From a virus (taxonomy: Duplodnaviria; Caudoviricetes): DNA of 64,000 bases. Each line of letters starts with the position of its first letter. The stretch's first letter is position 1. The stretch spans positions 1 to 64,000 of the IMG/VR virus record IMGVR_UViG_3300006217_000023, one strand, 5' to 3'. Below, piece after piece: positions 24,895 through 36,201 of this stretch. A program made the translations under genes and the position numbers. The notes beneath the pieces were generated by a model. The model searched no databases, was not told the DNA's origin, and saw only the letters and a program-made list of their open reading frames with translations.

Positions 24895-26533
24895 TTAATT
24901 CTTTTCTTTTTCATATATCCACCCCAAATCTTTTGATAACTTTGATATAACTAAATCTCGTTTTTCTGCACCATTAAAAGAATTGTATTGTTTATTTATT
25001 TGCTTTTCTATTTTATTATATTTTTCTTTTAATTTATCTATATCTATATTTCTTTTTGGTGCTTTTAAATAAAATGTGTAGTCTGGAGATTTAATAATCA
25101 TAGTGTCTATACTTTTAAATTTAACATAGCTTTTAATATCTGTCAAAGAAAAAGAATAATTTTCAGGATGATTATGTATAAGTATAAAAGAATTATCTTT
25201 GTGTTTGTATAATCTTGCAATATTACTTAGACTAGGATTAACGTTAGTTTTAGTTCCAGTTGTAATTTTACCTATTAAATTACCTGTTTTTGCATCTAAC
25301 ATTGCCAAATTTTCTTTTTGATTATCCTTATATTTTCTTATAATATTTTTTTCACATTTAACTATATTATTCTTTCTTTGTTCATTTGAATATAATTTTG
25401 TTCTTATAGTATTTTTAGTAAAATCATTAATATTCTCTTGAAACTTTAATACCTCTTTTTTGTTTTTATTAACACCTTGTTCTAATGTTAGTTTAGGCAT
25501 ATATTCTTGTTTCCATTGTTTATATGTCATATCTTGTGGTACTAATATAGACTTTCCATCTTCATCTCTCGCTCTTCTTTGTAGTCCATCTATTACATCA
25601 TCATCAAATTCTGCTACTGTTGTGCATCTGTCATTTGGGTGGATTGGTGGATAATTCTTACCGTGGTTTTCTATCTTTTATATTAAATACTTTATTATCT
25701 AATTCTGCACAATGTTTACAAGTCACATTGTCTAAAGTTGCTATAAATCTATATTTTTCTATATCTAATTCTTCATAAGATAACATTTCACTTTCATTTG
25801 CAAAATGATTTACTTCTGTTCTTACAAGTCTCGTAGCTTTATATAGTCCTACATTCATGTATTCCTTTAGTTCTCTACTTATCTTATTCACCGATTTACC
25901 ACTCATTGTATCTGCTATTAATTGTGTATTTAAATAATCACTTAATTTATTTTTGTTTTTCCATATTCTTTCTGAAAAATTAGCTTTATTATTCCAATTT
26001 TCATTCAGTAATAAATTTATTGTTTTATTATTCAACAAATCAAATTTAAACCCTAAATTCAATCCCTTTTGAATATTGTATATATTGTGATAATATGCCT
26101 CTTTTATTGTATCTACACATCTTTCTGTAGTTGCCTGTTGCTCTAATTCTGCTAATTTAACTAATTCCATTTCGATATTTTCTTTTAAAGCTTCATATCT
26201 TGATATGCGATAATTATAAGCTGGTGCATTATATTTAGCTATCATTTTGTCTTTTATAATCTCATCTTTTATGTTGTTATTTATTGTATATAGTAGATTT
26301 TTATAATGTATATCTGATTCTTTCTTACTTAATAATTGTTCAAAAACTTCTTTTGATAACATTGCATCTTTAGAATAATTTTTAAATATATTCCTTATTT
26401 CTTTATCAATATTTTTAATTGCTTTATCATATATATCTATTAAACTATTTATAGTATATTCTGTTCCTTTTTCTAGTCTTTTCATTAATTCAGTAGATCG
26501 TTTTTCCCAATAATCATTTGGTTTTCTTGCCAT
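24895..26533 (-). CDS. Minor head protein (SPP1 gp7/MuF) with C-terminal JAB/MPN-like domain, joined by +1 shift at CGG 25661-25663; 545 aa
   Basis: CKHC...KP-G-KNYPPIHPNDRCT restored; C-terminal HNHP..YSFSLTD. Confidence 0.8.
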
Positions 26534-26547
26534 AAAAATAACACCTC

Positions 26548-28122
26548 CTATTCGTTGGTGTTATCTTCATTATTATGATTATCATCAAATCCACCAGAAG
26601 CATTAAATATTTGACTTTGCATTCTCATATTTTCTTCTTTTTCTTCTTTAAGTCTTTGTAGTTCTTGCTCTACATCGTCTATATATGGATGATTTTCTAG
26701 TTTTGTCCTTGTACTTATAGTTGTATCATTATTTAATGTTTGTATTTGTTCTGTAGTATTGAATATTCTTGATTTATTAAAAGTAAATTTAAAATCAAAT
26801 ACATTTAAGTCCTGTGGGATTTCTCCTATTCTTTTTAAATGCTCTGCAATAAACCAGAATAGTTCGTATAATCCTTGTCTTAAGCTATTTATACAATCAT
26901 CTGCTTTACTATCTAAGTCTGTATATAAAAACTCTAAACTAATTCCACTTGGTGCTTGTCCTATCAATTCTGTTCTATTTGTGTTTACCCCTCTTCCAAA
27001 CTCGTATATTTTTTCCTCTAATAATTTAAGAATTATTTGTCTAGCTTCGTATGGAAAAGGTATTGTTTCTACCCCAATACTTCCAGTTGCATCATTATTA
27101 CGAATAATACCCATTATTTTTATTCTTTCAACTAATTCTGTTAGGTCTTCAGCTCCATATCCATTCACTTTATAAATAAATTCTTTTAAGTCTTCTATTG
27201 TGTTTATGAAATTTGAATTTATTAAATCGTACGCATCTATTAAATTTTTAATAGGTTCTAAATCTGTTTGCATTTCTTCATTATTTTTAATAATTATATA
27301 TGGCACTTTTCCCCAACTATGTTCTTCTGTTTTTGCTAATTTTCCATTGAACATTGTTTGCGTAATCCAATGTGGTTCTGGATTTATTCTTGATACATCT
27401 AATAAATATTCTTCTGTTTGTGTAATTTCGTCTTTTTCTTCTATGTAATATGTTGTATTTTCTGCTGTTGCCCATTCTACATATATTTTCTTTTTATTAT
27501 TATCTATGATTTTATATGTGTGAATTATATCTGTTAATATTTTTTGTGTTTTTGTATCATATATAGTAATTATTTCTTTTGGTTCTATTCTTGTATATTT
27601 AAAATTTCCTTGTTCATCATAATATGGAAACCATACTGCATAAATTTTATTAGACATATCTACTATTGTTTGTCTTAAAAAGTTGTCAAATCCTATTCCT
27701 AATATGTTCCAAAATTTATCAACTATTTTTTTATTCATTTTTTTCAATTTCTTTTTTTGTTCCTCATTTAGTTCTTTTTCTATAATAGGCTCATAAGTAA
27801 TTGTTATTGGTTTTCCTACAGTATAATCACGCTTTTGCTTTACTAATTTCCAATGATATCTATGAGCCACTTTTACTAATGACCTGTTTGGAATTTCTAT
27901 AATCTTTTCTGTATATATTTTTTGTCCATTCTCTGTCTTAAAATCTTTAATAGTATATTCATTTAATTTTTTATAACAAATATCGTGCTTACCATTAAAG
28001 TATCTTTCTCCAATTTCCATTTGCCTTTTTAATGGACTTATAGCATCATCTTTTAAGAATTGTTTTATTATCTCACTATCCATATTAGGTAATGAACTTT
28101 TTATTATTTCTGTTTGTGTCAT
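26548..28122 (-). CDS. Portal protein (SPP1 gp6-like)
   Basis: 524 aa; GKVPYI...NNEEM..DLE.IK.LIDAYD. Confidence 0.9.
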   Translation of the reverse strand: MTQTEIIKSSLPNMDSEIIKQFLKDDAISPLKRQMEIGERYFNGKHDICYKKLNEYTIKDFKTENGQKIYTEKIIEIPNRSLVKVAHRYHWKLVKQKRDYTVGKPITITYEPIIEKELNEEQKKKLKKMNKKIVDKFWNILGIGFDNFLRQTIVDMSNKIYAVWFPYYDEQGNFKYTRIEPKEIITIYDTKTQKILTDIIHTYKIIDNNKKKIYVEWATAENTTYYIEEKDEITQTEEYLLDVSRINPEPHWITQTMFNGKLAKTEEHSWGKVPYIIIKNNEEMQTDLEPIKNLIDAYDLINSNFINTIEDLKEFIYKVNGYGAEDLTELVERIKIMGIIRNNDATGSIGVETIPFPYEARQIILKLLEEKIYEFGRGVNTNRTELIGQAPSGISLEFLYTDLDSKADDCINSLRQGLYELFWFIAEHLKRIGEIPQDLNVFDFKFTFNKSRIFNTTEQIQTLNNDTTISTRTKLENHPYIDDVEQELQRLKEEKEENMRMQSQIFNASGGFDDNHNNEDNTNE

Positions 28123-28132
28123 TTTCTTCCTC

Positions 28133-29456
28133 CTAACTTGCTAAATACAAATCATCACTTCCGATAACGTAAGCTATCTATTCTATGGTTATTTTTATCT
28201 TCTGGAATTTCTAATGGATTTCCATATTTATCAACTTTCCATCTATATAATCCTAATTCATCTATTAATCCTTTGCATTTAGGATCTACTATTATTTCAT
28301 ATCCTTGTAACCATTTGATACCATGTAATATACTATCAGGACCTTTTGTTGCTGGTATAGCATTAATTTTGTATTTATTTAATTCTGCTATTGATTTTGG
28401 TTCTGCACTATCGCATTTTACTAATGAATATAATGGCATTCTTGGTCTTATTGCATTTGCTAATTGCTCATTATCTAATTCACAAGCACTAAATTCATCA
28501 AATACATATATTTTTTTACGTTTAGTATCAACACTAAACTGTAAAAAACATGAAGGGTCTGAACTATAACCAAAGTCCAAACCTCTTCTTATTAATTCAA
28601 ATGCATTTTTATGTTGTTCTGTATCTTCAATTCGCCAATTTTTAAATATTAATCCTAATGCAATACCAGGCATTCCTAACCCTGCTGTTTTATATCTTTC
28701 ATAATCATCTTTACGCATTTTTTCATATATTGCATAATCTTTTATATCTAAAAACTCATTTAATTTGTAATTTGTAATCATTAATAATTGACTTGTCTTT
28801 TCTTTTACTTGTTTTCCTAAGTATTCAAATTCTTGCTCTTCTTCAATTATTAACTCTTGTTTTCCTTCTTTTAGTAATATTTCTTCATTTGGTGTTAATC
28901 TTTGAGTTAATTTTTTAACTATAAAATGCTGATTACTCCATGGATTAAAGCTTGCTACTGTTTGTCTAAAATATCCTTCTGGAAGTAATCCTCTTGAACA
29001 CATTCTTGTGTTATTATATGTTTCTTCTTTTATTATTTCAAAAGCTTCCTCAAACCATTCAAAACATAAAACTAAATTGGGGTCATCTATTGTTATTGAT
29101 GCTATTTTTTGCCAATCGTCTAAACCTCTAAAAAATATCTTTTGTCCTGTAATTTTGTTTGTAGCTTCTAATGGACTTAATTTGAAATCCCATTCTTTGT
29201 CCAATTTAAGTTTTTTGCAAGCCCATTTTAAATCTGCATATACACTATCTTTTAATGTTGTTGCTGTATCTCTTGTTGCCAATAGACAAGCTCTAGGATA
29301 TTTTTTAAGTAAATACATCCATCTCAAAGCAATAGTTTTTGATTTTTTGCTACCTTTTGACCCCATTAATATTACTTCATCACCTTTAAAATTCCAAAAT
29401 GTAGCATAACCTTTTCCTATTTGTTCTTGTAAACTTATTCTTTCTATATTATTCAT
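28133..29456 (-). CDS. terL: Terminase large subunit (PBSX family), +1 shift at CGG 28161-28163; 440 aa
   Basis: GSKGSKKS Walker A, FEEA Walker B, GLDFGY, NHRIDSLRY-G-SDDL. Confidence 0.92.
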
Positions 29457-29790
29457 TCACATCATCTACCAACTGAACTATTCCTGTTCCTGATATTTCT
29501 GATTTTTCTATCGGTTTATACCCTGCTCTATCTAGTACATCTTTTATTGCTTGCATTTTTACATTTTCATTTTTACTTTTTAATAACCTTTTTAGTTCTT
29601 GTTGTGCTTCTATTGCAAGTGAACCAAAGTTTTCTTTCATTTGTTTTTGTATTTCTTCTTTAAACTCTTTATCTTTTTTCCATTCACAAATTGTTTTTTC
29701 TGTTACGTTAATTTCCTTCGATATTTGTTTTTGAGTTTTACACTCTGTAATCATTAAATTTATACATTTTATTTGCTTTTCTGTTAACAT
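29449..29790 (-). CDS. terS: Terminase small subunit (HTH)
   Basis: LTEKQIKCI...WKKDKEFKEE; DVLDRAGYKP; overlaps terL start. Confidence 0.75.
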   Translation of the reverse strand: MLTEKQIKCINLMITECKTQKQISKEINVTEKTICEWKKDKEFKEEIQKQMKENFGSLAIEAQQELKRLLKSKNENVKMQAIKDVLDRAGYKPIEKSEISGTGIVQLVDDVNE

Positions 29791-29850
29791 TGATTCACCT
29801 CCTTAAAATTAACATTTATTTACCTTTTTCATAATTTATTTATATTTTGA

Positions 29851-30258
29851 TTAATGTTCATCTTTTATAAGTTCTCCTATTTTTTTATCTCCTACATATA
29901 ATATTGTTTTTCCCTTATTCATATATTGTCCTATTACTTCATTTATAAAATCATTACTACTTGCTACTATTTCACATACATCTTCACAATTAAATTCTTT
30001 TTCTTCTTGATTGTGTCCATATTCGTATAGCCAAACATGACATAATTCATGTTTTAAAGTTTTTATAATATTTGCTTGATTTTCTAGTAATAATATTTCT
30101 TGTGTTTTATATATTGTTAATCCTACTACAGAATCTTGTTTACTTTCATTATTTATTGTTGCTTCATCTACTTCTTTTATTATCCATTCTGTATTATTTA
30201 TTTTAAATTTCATATTTATAACTTTTCCTTCACAATTATGTAAATAAGCTATTAGCAT
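29851..30258 (-). CDS. Phage protein with HEXXH motif
   Basis: LKHELCHVWL. Confidence 0.65.
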   Translation of the reverse strand: MLIAYLHNCEGKVINMKFKINNTEWIIKEVDEATINNESKQDSVVGLTIYKTQEILLLENQANIIKTLKHELCHVWLYEYGHNQEEKEFNCEDVCEIVASSNDFINEVIGQYMNKGKTILYVGDKKIGELIKDEH

Positions 30259-30356
30259 TTTTTATATTTATGACAACTTTCGACAACCTTCTCATTTTCT
30301 ATGTGTTATATTTAAGCCCTCGCGCGTTAAAATACGTTTGGGAGGAGGATGTTGAA

Positions 30357-30512
30357 ATGAATAAAATTGGTACAGTTACAGTATCTGTTTTTCAATCTAT
30401 TAATAAAAACAATACCGCTTTTAAGGTTGAAACAGATTACTTAGATAATATATCTAATGATGATGTTGAACAAGTTTCTTATGTAATTGAAGATACACTC
30501 AATTCTTTTTAG
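30357..30512 (+). CDS. Small counter-oriented protein (51 aa)
   Basis: GGAGGAGG RBS before MNKIGTVTV. Confidence 0.5.
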   Translation: MNKIGTVTVSVFQSINKNNTAFKVETDYLDNISNDDVEQVSYVIEDTLNSF

Positions 30513-30761
30513 ACTGTCTTTTGATAGTCTTTTTTATATATCTAAAACAATAATTATATCTGTTACATTCTTCACATTTTCTTGTCATACATTTAAAATA
30601 ATCAATCTTCTCTTTCATAATACTCACACTTTGTTACTTTTACATTTTCTTGTTTGAATATTTTTATTTCACAGTCGTATTTTTCTTTGTTTTTACATCT
30701 ACTGCAATACTCTTCTACATATTTTTGGTATCGTTTTTCGTCTGACATAATAACACCTTCT

Positions 30762-30980
30762 TTATTGGCATATTTCTTTTATTCTCTTTTTACAAAATTC
30801 ACCACATGTCATATTTTTTAAGTCTTTTACTGTTGTATTTGCATCTATATATATTGTTTTTTCTTTTATTTCAAAGTTTTTAAATAATAATTTTAATTCT
30901 TCTACACTACATTCTAATTTCATACTTTTACCTCTTTTCTTATAAACACTATGAAATATATAACTTATAGATAATTGCAC
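30762..30980 (-). CDS. Hypothetical protein
   Basis: ORF; real start probably at internal MKLECS. Confidence 0.5.
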   Translation of the reverse strand: MQLSISYIFHSVYKKRGKSMKLECSVEELKLLFKNFEIKEKTIYIDANTTVKDLKNMTCGEFCKKRIKEICQ

Positions 30981-31347
30981 TCTAGAACTGAACAGCCTTT
31001 ATTTGCTATTCTGCTATCTATTTTTATATACTTCATACTATTTAAAAATTTAGAACTCGCTAGAAAAGTTCTTGTTATATTCAATTTCTTGCAAAAGGAT
31101 GTGATTTAATCAAACGATAATTTATATTAATTATCTAGCATATTAATACCATAATAAAAGAGCCTATCTTTTTTGATAAGCTCCAATTTATAATAAAGTA
31201 TATATAATATATACAGTGTATGTTAAAGACTTAATTTGTATTAAAGAGCTAACTTTTACATCAACTCTTAATAGCGGGATTACTAATAAAACTTTTGTCG
31301 CTTGGTCTAATGAGATATTTCTATCTGCGACTTTTATATCAATTATA

Positions 31348-31407
31348 ATTATAGCACTTTCAAAAAGAAATTAAAAGGAAGTTTTTGCGTAATTTTAGGG
31401 AAGTTTT
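31348..31407 (-). promoter_or_regulatory. Putative late promoter: extended -10 TGCTATAAT with upstream AAAACTTCC direct repeats
   Basis: Repeats at 31377-31385 and 31399-31407 (22-bp period) directly after the activator gene. Confidence 0.55.
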
Positions 31408-31955
31408 TATACTCCTGTATTAATCACTTTTAGCATAGTTTTCATTGCTTTATCTCTATATGTCTGTAATTGTTTTACACATTTATATTTTTCAAATTCT
31501 TTATAATATTGTTTTTCTACATAATCCCATTTTGATTTATCCATATAATAAGTTTCAATTACAAATCTTTCTTCTTGTGATAATGGATTCATCATATTTT
31601 TTACTCTAACTACTTTTTTATTTAAGTTAACTTTATCTATTTCAAGTTTTGCTAATTTCATTTTTAAAAAATCTATATCTTTCTTGTTTACATGTTTTAA
31701 TTCTTTTTCATAATTTATAGCTGTATTATATACTTTATCAGATACATTATTTGTATTACTATGCATATTGTCATATGCTTGTCCTGCAATTTGCATATTT
31801 TCAATTACTTCTTTTTCTGTATCTTCATATACTGTTCCTGCATAATTTAATTCTTCTTCATATTCTTCTGTTTTTATTTCTATTTCTGTTAATTTTGCCT
31901 CATTTTCCTTATGTTCCCCTAACATTTTCTCAATATCTTCTTTTATATATGTCAT
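31407..31955 (-). CDS. Late transcription activator (ArpU/RinA-like)
   Basis: LSQEERFVIETYY...W; last early gene before packaging module. Confidence 0.65.
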   Translation of the reverse strand: MTYIKEDIEKMLGEHKENEAKLTEIEIKTEEYEEELNYAGTVYEDTEKEVIENMQIAGQAYDNMHSNTNNVSDKVYNTAINYEKELKHVNKKDIDFLKMKLAKLEIDKVNLNKKVVRVKNMMNPLSQEERFVIETYYMDKSKWDYVEKQYYKEFEKYKCVKQLQTYRDKAMKTMLKVINTGV

Positions 31956-32259
31956 ATCTTTAGTTCCTCCTATTCTTTAAATAAATAATATATTTCATAT
32001 TTATTTCTAACTAGATTATTGTTTTTTAATGCTCTTCCTAACTCCCTTACTGTTAAATTTAAAAATTTTATTATTTCTTCTAATGTTCCTATTCTTATGC
32101 ATTGTTCATTTTCTTTTATATTGTAAATTCCATAAATATTCATTTGTATGCCTCCTTATTTTTTATGTATTTTTCTTTAGCTGTATATGCATCTTTTACA
32201 ATTGATAATCGTAATCTTTCTATTAGTATTTTATTTCTACTCATTTATATCTGCTCCTA

Positions 32260-33120
32260 TTATTTTATTAGTTTTTCTGTATTCCAATAAGCACTCCTAA
32301 ATCCTCTTGCCATATCTATTAAATAAATTTCATCTGTATCTTTATTATACATAAAGTCTATACTCCAAATTCCTTTTAATTCTTCATCGAATTTTAATGT
32401 ATTTATATTTTCTTCTATTAATTTTGCTACTTTTTCATACTCTTTTTGATGTTCTGTTGCTTCTATATTTGTTTTATTATGAAATATATCAAATATTACT
32501 TTGTCATTTAATGAATACAAACTTTTTGAACAATAGTCATAATTCCAGTAATCCACTACATACTCTATTTTCTTTGTATCCATGTTATAAAATACTCTTA
32601 TTTCTGTTCTTAATGGCATTCCATTATATATTGTTAAAGTGTTTTCTTTGTCATATGGTATATATTCTCTTACTACTAATTCTGTATATCCTCCAGTTTC
32701 AAACATACTTGATTGATAATTTATTTTCCATAATTGTTTTGCTAAGTTTTCTTTTGTTGCTAAACATGTTTCAAAATTGAATTTATTTGAAAAGCAACCA
32801 TTTTTTATATTATAAGTTTTATAGTTTTTCATTTTATCTAATGTAGGTTTTAATATTTTATTTATTTTATTCCAATTAACTTTTTCAATTTCATCTGTTT
32901 CTTGCATTACTTCTGTTTCATCGAATGTAAATATTTGATTTGATATTATCTCAGCATGACTAAATTTACCAAAATCTTTTATATGACCATACCAATTACT
33001 AAAATTTTCAACTTTTTGTCTATCTTCTTTGTAGCATTTTCTTCCTAATTCTTCAAAAAATTCTGGTGTAAATTGTTCTGATATCTTTTCTAATTTTTTT
33101 TCAAAATCTTCAAGTTTCAT
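32260..33120 (-). CDS. Hypothetical protein, possible ATP-grasp-like fold
   Basis: LVVREYI...EIRVF...WSIDF...YLIDMA. Confidence 0.45.
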   Translation of the reverse strand: MKLEDFEKKLEKISEQFTPEFFEELGRKCYKEDRQKVENFSNWYGHIKDFGKFSHAEIISNQIFTFDETEVMQETDEIEKVNWNKINKILKPTLDKMKNYKTYNIKNGCFSNKFNFETCLATKENLAKQLWKINYQSSMFETGGYTELVVREYIPYDKENTLTIYNGMPLRTEIRVFYNMDTKKIEYVVDYWNYDYCSKSLYSLNDKVIFDIFHNKTNIEATEHQKEYEKVAKLIEENINTLKFDEELKGIWSIDFMYNKDTDEIYLIDMARGFRSAYWNTEKLIK

Positions 33121-33428
33121 CTTTCTTTACCTCTCTTTTTATTAAATTTACTTGGTAATATTACATCTTCTTTGTCTATTTTTATTTCTTGGCTTTTTTG
33201 ATAGTCTTTAACTTTCTTTTGTAGTTCTTGTCCATATAAATTAACTTTTTTAATTTTTGTTAGTGGAAAGAAATATTCTGTATCAAAATACTTAGTATAT
33301 ATATAATAAAAAGGATATAAAATTGCTTTTATTATATTGAATGGTAAATTAATTAAAATTTCTAATATAAGAAGAAATAAATATACTATATAATTTTTCA
33401 TTCCTATTGCTTTAAACAATTCTTTCAT
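33117..33428 (-). CDS. Hypothetical membrane protein
   Basis: Translationally coupled ORF. Confidence 0.6.
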   Translation of the reverse strand: MKELFKAIGMKNYIVYLFLLILEILINLPFNIIKAILYPFYYIYTKYFDTEYFFPLTKIKKVNLYGQELQKKVKDYQKSQEIKIDKEDVILPSKFNKKRGKER

Positions 33429-33715
33429 TTATTTGCCTCACTTTTCATCTTTTCTATTTTATATTTCAAATTTTCAATTTCTTCTTTTAATTTTCTTTCT
33501 TCTATCTCTTTTCCTTTTTCACTAGCTAATTCTTTTAAGCCTTCTAATTCATATTCATTTAAACTATTAAAGAAATTTAAAATTTGTTTTATTTGTTCTT
33601 GTTTTTCTTTTTCTTTTTCCTCTTCACACTCTTTACATCTTCCAAACTCCTCTAATGGTGTATAATGTTTACTACAATGCGTTACTCCTAACCATGCCAT
33701 TCCCATTCTTTTCAC
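33425..33715 (-). CDS. Hypothetical protein
   Basis: Coupled ORF with CxxH/CxxC. Confidence 0.6.
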   Translation of the reverse strand: MKRMGMAWLGVTHCSKHYTPLEEFGRCKECEEEKEKEKQEQIKQILNFFNSLNEYELEGLKELASEKGKEIEERKLKEEIENLKYKIEKMKSEANK

Positions 33716-33915
33716 CTTCTTTTTAAATATTTATATATTACTCTCTCAACATAAGCTAAAGCTTCATAATTTGTAATAAATCGTCCTGCATGTCTATTTC
33801 TTACTTCACTTCTTATTATTCTTATTTGCTGATTATATTGTCTTTTATATATTTGTGCTAATTTATCTTTACTTAAGCCTTGTTTCCATTTTTCGATTAT
33901 TTCGTTATCTGTCAT
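33712..33915 (-). CDS. Hypothetical phage protein
   Basis: Coupled ORF. Confidence 0.6.
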   Translation of the reverse strand: MTDNEIIEKWKQGLSKDKLAQIYKRQYNQQIRIIRSEVRNRHAGRFITNYEALAYVERVIYKYLKRR

Positions 33916-34137
33916 ACTACACTCCTTTAAGTGTAGTATTTGCTAATTTTTATATATTATTTTCTTATTAAATAAATTAATATTCCTAGTATTTCAAATA
34001 CTGAAAATAAAATATCTGCAATTATTATAATTATACTTATAAAACTACAAAATGCGTATGTCATCATTTTTTCTTGTTTTGTTGTAGTTATATTAAATTC
34101 ATCTATAAAACTTTTCCAAACAAAATATGTAAACATA

Positions 34138-34434
34138 TTATTTTTCCTCCAAAATTTCTTGTAAAACGTTCATTTTTATATACTTTTTTGCATTAATTAT
34201 ACTAGCTTCATCTGGTAATTCTGTATCTCCTTCAAAAATTATTAGATATTCATTATTATTTATTATTTTTTCTATCTTCTCTTTTATCGTTTCTTTACTT
34301 ATTGAATTTTCTATGTAGTTTAACATTATATCTGCAAATTCAAAAAAATACTTTGGTTCTATAGTTTCTACTATATTTTTATTTCTTTTTAATTCTTTGT
34401 ATTGCTGTATTGCTTCTTCTAATTCTTTATTCAT
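34138..34434 (-). CDS. Hypothetical protein
   Basis: ORF with RBS. Confidence 0.6.
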   Translation of the reverse strand: MNKELEEAIQQYKELKRNKNIVETIEPKYFFEFADIMLNYIENSISKETIKEKIEKIINNNEYLIIFEGDTELPDEASIINAKKYIKMNVLQEILEEK

Positions 34435-34554
34435 CTAACCACCTCTATTTTCTTTAAATTGATATGAAAATAGTATTTTCTTCTGTATTACAAAAATATT
34501 TTTTCCTCCGCAAAATGGACAATTTCGATAATTTGTAAATAATCTATCTTTTTT

Positions 34555-34788
34555 TTACTCATTGCTTTCTCCTTTCAATATTTCTAAAATTTCTTCATAG
34601 CAATGTTTTTGTACTAATAAACAGTTTCTTTTATTTGTAAATTCTTCTTTTTCTTTTTTACTCATAAATGAAGTATTTACTATATCGAGTTTTTTATCAT
34701 AATAAGGCTTAATTAAATCTTGATAACATTTTTCTACTGATTGTATTCTTTCTTCTAACTTCTCTATTAGCTTTTTTATTTCTTTCAT
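34555..34788 (-). CDS. Hypothetical protein
   Basis: ORF in early operon. Confidence 0.55.
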   Translation of the reverse strand: MKEIKKLIEKLEERIQSVEKCYQDLIKPYYDKKLDIVNTSFMSKKEKEEFTNKRNCLLVQKHCYEEILEILKGESNE

Positions 34789-35017
34789 TTACTTTTTTAT
34801 CTATATCTTTATTAGTTAATACTCTCATATTTCCAATTTTGCTATTCATTATATTTTTCATGTCTTTATACATTTCTAATTCTGATTCTAGTTGTTTGAT
34901 GTATTGTAATACTCTTCTTAATGCTTCTGTATCTTCGCTCCACATAGAATATGTGAAACATTTAGATATATTTTTTAATATTTTAATATCTTTTTCTATC
35001 TCTTCTTTACTTAGCAT
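34709..35017 (-). CDS. Hypothetical protein
   Basis: ORF with RBS. Confidence 0.55.
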   Translation of the reverse strand: MLSKEEIEKDIKILKNISKCFTYSMWSEDTEALRRVLQYIKQLESELEMYKDMKNIMNSKIGNMRVLTNKDIDKKVNERNKKANREVRRKNTISRKMLSRFN

Positions 35018-35019
35018 TG

Positions 35020-35373
35020 TTATTTCTCCTCTAACTTTTTATTTAGTTGCTTTACTGCTTGTACTAATTCATTTATCTTTTTTAGCACATCTGTTATTAT
35101 GTATCTTTCTTCATCTATTTCTTCTATATTATCTATATCTATCTCATTTTCTAATATTTTAAATTTATAATCTAATATATCTCTTATTGATAATTCTTCA
35201 TATATTTTATTTTCAGGTGTATAAATATTGTATTCAAATGCTCCCTCATTATAAATAAAATAACTTCCTTTTAATTCTCCTTCAAATCTTCCTATTATTT
35301 CTATTTTACTTCCATTTTTTATCTCTTCATCAACTATTGCTTTTAATAATTCATATCCTTTATATGTTTTCAT
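35020..35373 (-). CDS. Hypothetical phage protein
   Basis: ORF with RBS. Confidence 0.6.
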   Translation of the reverse strand: MKTYKGYELLKAIVDEEIKNGSKIEIIGRFEGELKGSYFIYNEGAFEYNIYTPENKIYEELSIRDILDYKFKILENEIDIDNIEEIDEERYIITDVLKKINELVQAVKQLNKKLEEK

Positions 35374-35751
35374 ATCTTAACTCCTTTAACTTTTTATTTT
35401 TCTTCTGGTATTCTATATTCTGCATTTTTAAATTGTTCTTTTGTTACAATTGATTTAATATTGTTTGATAGCCAATATTTGTTATGTATTGTTTCTGTTG
35501 TTCTAATATATTCTCCTGTTATATCTAAAACATGTTCCAAATTTATGTAGTCTTCTACTTCTATTAAATCTATTATATTTTTTTGAATGTTTTGCTATTT
35601 CAATATCTGCTACTGTACCTTTGTCTGTATCAAAACTATAAAATATTGATTTTTTCCCTTCATTATCATAAATTTTTAAATCTTGATATGCACACACTTT
35701 TGCTATTAATCCTTTTTTAGTTCTTACCCATTCTCCTATTTTAATTTTCAT
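35370..35751 (-). pseudogene. Hypothetical phage protein broken at an A7 run (35578-35584)
   Basis: Removing one A gives KHSKNIIDLIEVEDYIN, which runs to a stop overlapping the next ATG. Confidence 0.55.
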
Positions 35752-35779
35752 TTTTTACCTCCTCATATTATGCCATTTG

Positions 35780-36199
35780 CTATGTACTGACATTATTTAT
35801 ATGTTTTATTAAATCCCATTCTTCTAATCCATATTTTTTTATACTCTTCTTATTTTGTTTTAAATAGTCAATTACAATATCTACATCTACCATTCTTACA
35901 TCTTTATTTGCAAAACATATAAGAAAGTATGCATTGCATCCTGCGTTCTTACATTTTTTTAATTCATTTACTTGGCTAATATCTTTTTTAACTATATGCC
36001 ATGTATCTGTTTTACTTTCTTTTGCATCAAAGCAGTCATGTCTATTAGGTAAAAATATCTCATAATCAAAACATTCTCCTTCTAAATATAATCCTTCTGA
36101 TGTTCTTTTTGCATAATTTTTATGTCCATGAAATCCTAACTTTTCTATGTACTCTATTACTTTTTCTATTTGTTTTTCAAAACTTCGTCCTTTTTGCAT
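35780..36199 (-). CDS. RecU-like Holliday junction resolvase
   Basis: GRSFE...FDYEI...FDAKES. Confidence 0.75.
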   Translation of the reverse strand: MQKGRSFEKQIEKVIEYIEKLGFHGHKNYAKRTSEGLYLEGECFDYEIFLPNRHDCFDAKESKTDTWHIVKKDISQVNELKKCKNAGCNAYFLICFANKDVRMVDVDIVIDYLKQNKKSIKKYGLEEWDLIKHINNVST

Positions 36200-36201
36200 A
36201 C

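Noticed and set aside
35578-35584. Frameshift at an A7 run in a hypothetical gene
   Set aside because: No CGG is involved; it is most simply a homopolymer error or a mutation. It was not counted in the CGG set, but it shows the assembly may contain indel errors, so read-level checks are needed.
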